DNA of 64,000 nucleotides from a bacterium. Lineage in GTDB: Bacteria; Patescibacteriota; Minisyncoccia; Phycocordibacterales; UBA12079. The DNA is taken from NCBI GenBank assembly GCA_018401295.1, contig JAGYLJ010000002.1:26727-90726 (forward strand), given 5' to 3'. A model generated the notes under the pieces. It had not been told where the DNA came from. It ran no database searches and saw only the letters and a program-made list of their open reading frames with translations. Within the stretch, counting starts at the first letter, position 1. Each line of letters starts with the position of its first letter. This document shows positions 53,383-60,427 of the stretch, in pieces. The position numbers were made by a program, and so were the translations under genes.

Positions 53383-54633
53383 TTAGAGATTTAAATTTCC
53401 ATCGGCTTTTAGGCCAACGAGGTCGGTTGCAGTTTGCAACTGACCTTTTTCTTTTAGTTTTAAATATTGGAAATAACCAGCGATACCTATCATAATGGCG
53501 TTATCGGTGGAGAATTCTCTTTCTGGCATTAAAACCTTTAGTTTGGTAATCGGATTACCAAGTGATCGAAAAGCTTGGCGAATTTGAGAGTTGGCTACAA
53601 CGCCACCACCTAAGATTAAGGTTTTTGCGTTAAATTTTTCAAGGGCTTTTTGGGATTTTTTCAAAAGGACTTCTACGACAGCATCTTCAAATTCTTGAGA
53701 GATGGTTTGTTTGGTTTCAAGTGGAATTTCTTTCCAATGATTGGCTTCTTTTAAATTTTTGACCAAATACAAAACAGCGGTTTTGAGACCAGAAAAAGAA
53801 AAATTAAAATCATCGGTATGTATCATCGGTCGTGGTAATTTAATTTCTTGGTTTAATAATTCAGCGCTCGGAGCGCCGAATTTTTCTTCTCGGGCGGTTT
53901 GGGCCAATTTAGATATTTCTGGACCGCCAGGGTAGGGAAGATTCAACATTCGAGCGACTTTATCAAAGGCCTCACCGACAGCATCGTCTAAAGTTTGCCC
54001 AATTTTTTCATACTTCATCCATCCTTTCATTAAAATAAGTTCTGTATGACCACCTGAAATAAGCAATCCAATCATCGGAAATTGAAAATTGGAAATTGAA
54101 AATTCCTTTCCGCTTGCAAAAGATGAAAGGAGATGCCCTTCCATATGATTAACTGGGATGAGTGGTTTTCCCCAAACTAAACTGAGAGTTTTAGCAAAAT
54201 TAATTCCTACCCATAAAGCTGGTTCCAATCCTGGTCCTTGAGTGACTGCAATAGCATCAATTTTAGGAATTTCAATAGTCGGAATATATTCAAGAAATAA
54301 TTTAAGTAATTCAGGCTCTCTCTCTAATATCTTTTCAACTTCAGTCCATTTGGTAATCCGATTACCAAGTGGATTTGATTTGGTAATCGGATTACCAATT
54401 TTTGCCTCGGTGAGAGTTTTGGCGAGAAGGGGTATGAGGTTTTTGGAATGCTCTCGTTTAGCTAAAGCAGGGAAGACACCGCCATATTCTTCGTGAATAT
54501 CAATTTGGGAGATTAAATTATTGGCCAAAATTTTGAATTTAGGCGGATTATTTTCATCACCAAAAGTACCCTCAGCTTCTAAGACACTGATAGCGGTTTC
54601 ATCACAGCTGGTTTCGATAGAAAGGATTTTCAT
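53383..54633 (-). CDS. tsaD: tRNA N6-adenosine threonylcarbamoyltransferase TsaD carrying three in-frame REP insertions
   Basis: GIETSCDET...NHMEGH...SGGHTE...GGGVVAN; peptides GNPITK / GNRITK are encoded by REP copies. Confidence 0.92.
   Translation of the reverse strand: MKILSIETSCDETAISVLEAEGTFGDENNPPKFKILANNLISQIDIHEEYGGVFPALAKREHSKNLIPLLAKTLTEAKIGNPITKSNPLGNRITKWTEVEKILEREPELLKLFLEYIPTIEIPKIDAIAVTQGPGLEPALWVGINFAKTLSLVWGKPLIPVNHMEGHLLSSFASGKEFSISNFQFPMIGLLISGGHTELILMKGWMKYEKIGQTLDDAVGEAFDKVARMLNLPYPGGPEISKLAQTAREEKFGAPSAELLNQEIKLPRPMIHTDDFNFSFSGLKTAVLYLVKNLKEANHWKEIPLETKQTISQEFEDAVVEVLLKKSQKALEKFNAKTLILGGGVVANSQIRQAFRSLGNPITKLKVLMPEREFSTDNAIMIGIAGYFQYLKLKEKGQLQTATDLVGLKADGNLNL
53542..53562. 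repeat. REP-like palindrome inside tsaD (reads LGNPITKL)
   Basis: Exact TTTGGTAATCGGATTACCAAG. Confidence 0.9.
54349..54369. repeat. REP-like palindrome inside tsaD (reads GNRITK)
   Basis: Exact TTTGGTAATCCGATTACCAAG. Confidence 0.9.
54379..54398. repeat. REP-like palindrome inside tsaD (reads GNPITK)
   Basis: Exact TTTGGTAATCGGATTACCAA, 9 nt from the previous copy. Confidence 0.9.
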
Positions 54634-54636
54634 GGG

Positions 54637-55449
54637 TTAAAATGGACTTTTAATTTTCTTAATGGCTGGATTCATAGCATGAGTATAAATTTGGGTTGTT
54701 CTGATGTTAGCATGTCCTAATAATTCTTGCACATATCTAACATCAACTCCGTTTTCTAATAAATGGGTAGCAAAACTGTGTCGCAAAGAATGAAATGTTG
54801 CGTCTTTTTTTATTCCTGATTTTCGTAAGGCATTTTTAAAAACTTTTTGAGCGGTTCGTTCGGTTAATTTTCCACCTCGCTCACTAGTAAAAAAATAATC
54901 ATTGGAATTTTTATTAGCTATTGATTTTTCAACATCTATTATTAACTTTTCCGGAAAAACCGTAATTCTATCTTTATTTCCTTTAGCTCCTTTAATATGA
55001 ATAATTAGTTCCGCTAAATTTATATCTTTAATTTTCAAATTGATAATTTCACTCACGCGCAAACCTCCAGAATATGCTAAAACTATCATTAATTTATGTT
55101 TCTCATTGGAAATCTCCGACAATATTTTCTGAATTTCATCTCGAGACAAAATAATCGGCAATTTATTAGGAGTTTTCGCAAAATGAATATCAATTTTTCC
55201 TTTATATTTCAAAACATTCCAACAAAAAAAATTTATCGCTTGCAAATTTTGATTAGTAGTTTGTGATGACTTCCCTGCATTAATTTTAGAAAGTATATAT
55301 TGCTTAATAAAATTAACATCCACAATTTCAAAATTACTTCTTTTAGCTTTCAGATAATTTTCAACACAAACTGTATATGCTTTTATGGTTTTAGGGCTGT
55401 ATTTTCTCAACTTTAATTCATCTTCTAATTTTTTCAAATAGACGTCCAT
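54637..55449 (-). CDS. Tyrosine recombinase / integrase (XerC/D-like with SAM-like N-domain)
   Basis: R (GLRVSE), HSLRHSFATH, LLGHANIRTTQIYTH; C-terminal ...KIKSPF. Confidence 0.88.
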   Translation of the reverse strand: MDVYLKKLEDELKLRKYSPKTIKAYTVCVENYLKAKRSNFEIVDVNFIKQYILSKINAGKSSQTTNQNLQAINFFCWNVLKYKGKIDIHFAKTPNKLPIILSRDEIQKILSEISNEKHKLMIVLAYSGGLRVSEIINLKIKDINLAELIIHIKGAKGNKDRITVFPEKLIIDVEKSIANKNSNDYFFTSERGGKLTERTAQKVFKNALRKSGIKKDATFHSLRHSFATHLLENGVDVRYVQELLGHANIRTTQIYTHAMNPAIKKIKSPF

Positions 55450-55521
55450 TTATTTTTATGATACAATTAAATTATAATAAAATTATACATAATATTCGTA
55501 AACTTAGCAATATTAAGTATA

Positions 55522-55544
55522 ATATACGAAAACACTTCGTATAT
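55522..55544. promoter_or_regulatory. 23-bp palindrome ATATACGAA-AACAC-TTCGTATAT upstream of the recombinase gene
   Basis: 9-bp arms with a 5-nt spacer; a third related half-site AATATTCGTA lies at 55491-55500. Confidence 0.5.
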
Positions 55545-55621
55545 AAAAGAGTTAGGCGAAATTTTATTCAAAAATATTTTTTAATTTTTATTGAGCCCTT
55601 TTGAAACTTTTTTAGAAAAAG

Positions 55622-55668
55622 AAAAAAGCCCCGTGCGAACTGTTCATTTGAACATTTTAACACGGGGC
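55622..55668 (-). terminator. GC-rich terminator of the cassette gene
   Basis: GCCCCGTG...CACGGGGC followed by a T-run on the minus strand. Confidence 0.7.
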
Positions 55669-55687
55669 GCTGGTGCAGGCGTGGCCT

Positions 55688-56140
55688 CTACTTGTCGACG
55701 GCAATGAGTTCGGCCGGAACAAAAGACCATGTTCCAAGATCTATATACGCATCAACAAGAACAATTTTCTTGCCCTCCCATTCGTATATCTTGCCGATAT
55801 CGTTACACTCACTTGCCGATTTCAAGCAATCAGGGATTGGCTGGCATGAGCTATCATAGCCATCACTGAATGTAAGAATCGGCCAATGAGATGGGATAGC
55901 ACCATATTCGACTAGGTGCCAATCTCCCGGTCCGAATTGATTGTTGTAAGATTCCGCTTCCTGCGCTTTCTTTATCAAAACTGATAACGGAATCGGCCCC
56001 GCCTGCTGTTCGTTTGAAAAGTACTCAGGAAACCGCTCGACTACCATTCGACCAAGGTCAGTGGCAAGGTTAAGCAGTGCCAGCGCCCACATAAAATGGG
56101 TGTCCGTAATCTGGCAAATCGCCTTCCAGTTCTTGTACAT
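55688..56140 (-). CDS. Orphan 150-aa protein of foreign-looking composition
   Basis: ORF track. RBS AAAGGAGG; upstream TTGACA-17-TTAAAT. Much higher G+C by eye than all neighbouring genes. Confidence 0.7.
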   Translation of the reverse strand: MYKNWKAICQITDTHFMWALALLNLATDLGRMVVERFPEYFSNEQQAGPIPLSVLIKKAQEAESYNNQFGPGDWHLVEYGAIPSHWPILTFSDGYDSSCQPIPDCLKSASECNDIGKIYEWEGKKIVLVDAYIDLGTWSFVPAELIAVDK

Positions 56141-56261
56141 ATCTATTCCTCCTTTGTTTGGGTTGATTTTGTCCGAAACTGGTCAGACATAGTATTTAAG
56201 CATATTAGTAAGTTACTGTCAAGCAAACAAAAAAAATTCAAAAGGGCTCTTTTAATAAGGA

Positions 56262-56520
56262 ATATATTTTTGAACAAAACTCAAGCCACGCTGCGCTCTC
56301 GCCCTGCCTCTTTTTTAAAATATAATAAGGAGGGCAGGGCTCGGGTCGTTTAACAAAGAATAAAAGGAGAATGCCTCGGCTCGGCATTTTCCCAAATCCC
56401 ACGCCTTAGTTCTGTGATATAATAGAGCCAGTGCCATTTAACAAGCCTTGAGGATAGTAAAAGTTTTACGTTTTTAGTCGGCGCGGGACTTCTTTTATTC
56501 TTAAACGTTATACGCAATTC
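56262..56520. repeat. Non-coding element X1 (attC-like imperfect palindrome 56347-56507)
   Basis: Block homology to 58128-58320; arms CGTTTAAcaAGAATAAAAG / CTTTTATTCTTAAACG. Confidence 0.6.
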
Positions 56521-56669
56521 AAAAAATATTTTTCTAACGGAGGGTAAGGAATGATAGGCTTTCAAAGGGGAATAAATTTGATTTTTTCTAAAAAGAGGAA
56601 AGGATAATATGGTGTTTTTTCCGCTCCGAAAACGATTTATTTATAAACTTATATTAACTTTATTCGAAT

Positions 56670-58097
56670 ATGAACAAAAAAATCCTAATTTCAATCATTA
56701 TAATTTTAATCCTTACTGCAGGTATTGGTGTATTTTTTGTTTTTCAAAAATCTGTTTTTATTGAAGAAAGTGGTATAACTCCACCAGTAGTTGATTATGA
56801 TGATTCTCCTTTTGGTATAATGGCTGCATTTGACTCTACTACATTGGTTCATATTAATACTCCAAATAAGCTTCAGTGGGCTGGTGAACAGTTTCAAAAT
56901 TTAGGGGCAAAGTTTACAAGAGGTGGTGCCATTAATTTAATCTGGGATGACATTGAACCTGTTCTGGGTCAAGGTTATTATTGGGCTTCTTCTGATGAAT
57001 ACTTAAAATCAATTTATCAATATGGTGGAGATAATGTTGATTATATTCCAGTTATTACTTCATGTAGAGGTAAACAGGTTTCGTGTGATTTGAGTAAGGA
57101 AAATGAGACTTATTTTAGGAACTATGTTAATGCTTTAGTTGAAAGATATGATGGTGATGGGATTGATGATTATAGTCCAATTATAAAAGTCAAATACTGG
57201 CAAGCATATAATGAACCATTTCCCCGAAATTGGGTTGATAGGAGAGGAGGGACAATAAAGGGTTTTGCTAGATTTGTTGAAATTTTATCTAATGCCGTTA
57301 GAGGGGCAGACAATGAGGCTAAAATTATTCTTGGTGCATGTGGGTTAGAAGAAAAGGAATATGTAAAAGAGTTTGATAAAGTAATCACAGAGATGAAAGG
57401 AAAAAATCTTTTTGATTATGTAGATACTCATTATTGGAATCAAGAAAACTATAAAATTAGTAATGTAGATCTTGCAAGAAATATTTTGGATAAGAATGGT
57501 TATTCTAATGCAAAGTTTGTTTCATTGGAATTTGCTTCTTGGAGAGGGCATAGGAATACTGAATATAATGTGGCCAAATATTTAATTAAGGGGTATTTAT
57601 ATAATATTGCCAATGGTTTTTCTTTTATAAACTGGAATAACCTTGTTGAATGGGAGAATTTTGGGGGATATGAAAATAGTCTTTATAATTCAATGGGATT
57701 AATCGCTGATGGAATTAATGATGATGATATTTCAGCCGGGACTTTATTATTGCCATATTATTCTTACAAACTAATGGTTGAAAAACTTGAAGGCTCTGAT
57801 TGGGATAACATCCAAACAATTCAAGAATCAAATGATGTTTATATTTACAAATTTACAAATAAAGAAACTGGAAAATCAACGTGGGTTGCTTGGAATGATA
57901 ATGCGAATTTACAAACAATTACTTTAAACGTCAGAGATATTAAGTCTGTAAAACTCATCGAAGCGGTTCCGAAATATGAAACCGGAAAAGAAATATTAGA
58001 TTACAGTACAGCTTTCAATATAGAAACTAAAAATGTAAACAATAATCAAGTTTCTATAACTTTGGAAGATGTACCAATATTTGTGTTAGGAGATTAA
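56670..58097 (+). CDS. Membrane-anchored glycoside hydrolase, clan GH-A TIM-barrel-like
   Basis: 475 aa; N-terminal TM helix; YWQAYNEP (NEP acid/base motif). Confidence 0.75.
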   Translation: MNKKILISIIIILILTAGIGVFFVFQKSVFIEESGITPPVVDYDDSPFGIMAAFDSTTLVHINTPNKLQWAGEQFQNLGAKFTRGGAINLIWDDIEPVLGQGYYWASSDEYLKSIYQYGGDNVDYIPVITSCRGKQVSCDLSKENETYFRNYVNALVERYDGDGIDDYSPIIKVKYWQAYNEPFPRNWVDRRGGTIKGFARFVEILSNAVRGADNEAKIILGACGLEEKEYVKEFDKVITEMKGKNLFDYVDTHYWNQENYKISNVDLARNILDKNGYSNAKFVSLEFASWRGHRNTEYNVAKYLIKGYLYNIANGFSFINWNNLVEWENFGGYENSLYNSMGLIADGINDDDISAGTLLLPYYSYKLMVEKLEGSDWDNIQTIQESNDVYIYKFTNKETGKSTWVAWNDNANLQTITLNVRDIKSVKLIEAVPKYETGKEILDYSTAFNIETKNVNNNQVSITLEDVPIFVLGD

Positions 58098-58127
58098 TAT
58101 TTTTTTTGAAAAATGAAATTGAATAAA

Positions 58128-58320
58128 AAATATTTTTTGAACTCACTCCACTATGCTCCGTGCCACGCTGTGCTCTCATCCTTTCAGTCGTCGGGGCGTA
58201 TAACAAGGGATATATGGTTCAACCCTCGGCTCGGGCTTCACCCAAATTTTTATTCCACTTCGTTCCAGAAAAACTTCTGATATCCCTAACGTTATGCAAA
58301 ATTTCGCTTCCCGCCAGAGG
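58128..58320. repeat. Non-coding element X2 (attC-like imperfect palindrome 58196-58297)
   Basis: Blocks GCCACGCTGTGCTCTC, GTATAACAAGGGATAT, CCTCGGCTCGG, CCCAAAT and AACGTTATGC are shared with X1. Confidence 0.6.
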
Positions 58321-58518
58321 CGGACAGGCGCTCCATTTTGCATAATGTCCACGCTTAGCAGCGCTGTTCTGCTCAGCAAAGCTTCGCATAACAGCTGCTT
58401 ATCCTAAATTTCTATCGAAAAGAAATCTTTTCTCCAGAAACTTCGGATCAAGCGCGGACATTACATTCAATTGACTCGCCTAAGAAAAATTTATACAAAT
58501 TATACAATTAATAAAAAT

Positions 58519-58941
58519 ATGAATTGGAAAGAATTTTTAAAGCCAAATTTACAAAAATTAAAAGAGACAATCTTATTTGTTTTTCTATTTTATATTTTGA
58601 TTAGTATATTTTTTTTCTTAGGTTCTGGTGTTATAGATGGGGATTGGGCTGTAGACAAATTCTATGTTGAACATCTTTCTCAACTTACAACGTCAGAAGC
58701 AGATTGTGAACGATTACCATCCGGTGTTACTTGGGACTGTCCAGGAGGTGAATTTGACTTCCAAATTATTTTAACTTGGATACTAATATTATTAACAGCT
58801 TATATTGTGAGTTGTTATAAAACACTTTTATTAGTTCAAATACCCAATAGCAAGAAAAAAATTATTTATCGTCTATTAGGAATTTGTATAGGTATTGGAT
58901 TTGTTCTCTTCTTGATAGTAATTTGGGCTATAAATAATTAA
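58519..58941 (+). CDS. Hypothetical membrane protein
   Basis: Start MNWKEF at 58519 (track ORF from 58471); 3 hydrophobic helices. Confidence 0.55.
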   Translation: MNWKEFLKPNLQKLKETILFVFLFYILISIFFFLGSGVIDGDWAVDKFYVEHLSQLTTSEADCERLPSGVTWDCPGGEFDFQIILTWILILLTAYIVSCYKTLLLVQIPNSKKKIIYRLLGICIGIGFVLFLIVIWAINN

Positions 58942-59106
58942 AACTGATTCTTTTTCTTGATATGCAAAAACCTAAACCAAACCTTGCGTCATACTGTCGG
59001 TTGCTTTATAGGATTGCCACATAACAGTGATTATTTGTGATTTTCCTGCCGAAAATTCCCGAACTCTGCTACACAGAACTTCAGATAATTCCGATGTTAA
59101 AAAGTG

Positions 59107-59190
59107 CGGTGGATACAGGACTCGAACCTGTAAGGGCTTTCACCCGACGCATTTCGAATGCGCTGCCTTACCAATTCGGCGCAATCCACC
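59107..59190 (-). tRNA. tRNA-Ser (CGA)
   Basis: Hand-folded: acceptor GGTGGAT/ATCCACC, discriminator G, anticodon loop TTCGAAA, long variable arm GGGTGAAAGCCC, T-arm ACAGGTTCGAGTCCTGT. Confidence 0.88.
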
Positions 59191-59260
59191 GTTTCATGTC
59201 TATAAATCTACCATTTTTTTGCTTTTTTGACAAAAATTGATATAATTTTTGCAGTGTTAT

Positions 59261-59332
59261 GGCCCTATCGTCTAACGGTTAGGACATCGGCTTTTCAAGC
59301 CGGCAATCCGGGTTCGATTCCCGGTAGGGTCA
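59261..59332 (+). tRNA. tRNA-Glu (UUC)
   Basis: GGCCCTATCGTCTAACGGTTAGGAC...; anticodon loop TTTTCAA; T-arm CCGGGTTCGATTCCCGG. Confidence 0.9.
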
Positions 59333-59436
59333 CAAAACGTTAAGAAAAAGTAAACCGCTTTACTTTTTTGGTTTTGTGGAGGCGGAGCGATGTTTTTGCT
59401 TCCACCCAGAAGCAAAAACCGCGAGCCGTGGATAAA

Positions 59437-59520
59437 AAACAAACTGCTTTGTTTTTTATCCGGTTTTTGCACAGCAAAAAATTTCCTTTATTGAGCAAAG
59501 CGAAATAGGAAATAGGCGGG
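59437..59520 (+). repeat. Three-hairpin module, copy A (105 nt downstream of tRNA-Glu)
   Basis: About 80% identical by eye to 60519-60612, with compensatory stem changes. Confidence 0.75.
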
Positions 59521-59671
59521 TCGACAAGTACTTAGACTTTTAGAATTCGTAAGAATTTTAAAAGACTTAGTAACTTGTGACCACGTAAAATCTGCGTGCG
59601 TAGCATTCCATATAACTTAACCAAAAAACCAAAGCATTAGTTTTGGTTTTTTATATTTTAGTAAAGGAACT

Positions 59672-60271
59672 ATGGATAAAAAAACTATAGATACTTACAA
59701 CAAAATGGCTAAAGAATATGACGAGGAAACAATCGGTTTTTGGAAAGAATTTCCTGATACCATTATTACTAAATTTTGCGAGAAAATGGAGGGAGATAAA
59801 AAAGTGTTAGACATTGGAAGTGGTCCTGGCCGAGATGGACTTTTATTGAAAGAAAGGGGATTAGATGTTGTTTGTTTAGATGCTTCATCAGAAATGGTAA
59901 AATTATGTGAGAACAAGGGGTTGGATTCAATTGAAGGAGATTTTTTGGATTTGCCTTTTGAAGATAGTACTTTTGATGGGGTTTGGTCATACACTTCTCT
60001 TTTACATGTACAGAAAAAGGAGATGAACAAAGCTTTATCTGAAGTTAGAAGGGTTTTAAAAAAAGACGGTATTTTTGGTTTAGGTTTAATAGAAGGGAAT
60101 AAGGAACTTTATCGTGAAAGTTCTGGGGTTGGAGAATTGAGATGGTTCGCTTTTTATCTCAGAGAAGAAATAGAAAAGTTATTAGAAGATCAGGGCTTTG
60201 TTGTTGAATATTTTGAAGATTTTACACCTAGTTCAAAAAAATATTTGAATTATATTTTGAGAAAAATTTAA
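59672..60271 (+). CDS. Class I SAM-dependent methyltransferase
   Basis: VLDIGSGPGRD motif I. Confidence 0.85.
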   Translation: MDKKTIDTYNKMAKEYDEETIGFWKEFPDTIITKFCEKMEGDKKVLDIGSGPGRDGLLLKERGLDVVCLDASSEMVKLCENKGLDSIEGDFLDLPFEDSTFDGVWSYTSLLHVQKKEMNKALSEVRRVLKKDGIFGLGLIEGNKELYRESSGVGELRWFAFYLREEIEKLLEDQGFVVEYFEDFTPSSKKYLNYILRKI

Positions 60272-60334
60272 AAATAAAGATAAAATATTGTTTGGAATTG
60301 GAGGATAAGATGGGTTATAATTAAATTAAATAAG

Positions 60335-60407
60335 GGGCGGTTAGCTCAGTTGGTAGAGCGCTACATTGACGTTGTAGATGTCACAGGTTCGAATCCTGTA
60401 TCGCCCA
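60335..60407 (+). tRNA. tRNA-Val (GAC)
   Basis: GGGCGGTTAGCTCAGTTGGTAGAGC...; anticodon loop TTGACGT; T-arm ACAGGTTCGAATCCTGT. Confidence 0.9.
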
Positions 60408-60427
60408 CAAATTTGAGACGAAGTGAA

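Larger units (their letters stand above)
55567..56274. mobile_element. IR-bounded, visibly GC-richer single-gene cassette
   Basis: 38-39-bp imperfect terminal inverted repeats at 55567-55605 and 56237-56274, with outer 11 nt and inner 13 nt identical. The cassette has its own promoter, RBS and terminator. Confidence 0.6.

Noticed and set aside
54077-54104. Perfect 2 x 14-nt tandem repeat (GGAAATTGAAAATT) inside tsaD, coding EFSISNFQFP
   Set aside because: The repeat is real, but the ORF stays in frame and the region corresponds to a variable loop. There is no evidence of phase variation or mobile origin, so it is noted only as a curiosity.
56340-56360. Fragment of the 16S rRNA 3' end; GTCGTTTAACAAAG and GCGTATAACAAGGG resemble GTCGTAACAAGGTA
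   Set aside because: The similarity is limited to about 10 nt and contains indels. No anti-Shine-Dalgarno sequence or neighbouring rRNA-like sequence is present, so it is probably coincidental.
56096-56565. Track ORFs 56096..56353 (+), 56350..56565 (-), 58160..58345 (+) and 58176..58379 (-) as small cassette proteins
   Set aside because: They coincide with the homologous X1/X2 non-coding blocks, but the reading frames are not conserved between the two copies. They lack RBS and start context.
59027-59472. Track ORFs 59027..59230, 59037..59240 (+) and 59272..59472 (-)
   Set aside because: They overlap tRNA-Ser and tRNA-Glu and the hairpin-rich trailer. The same reasoning applies to 60341..60622, 60423..60608 and 60579..60869 over tRNA-Val and its repeat array.
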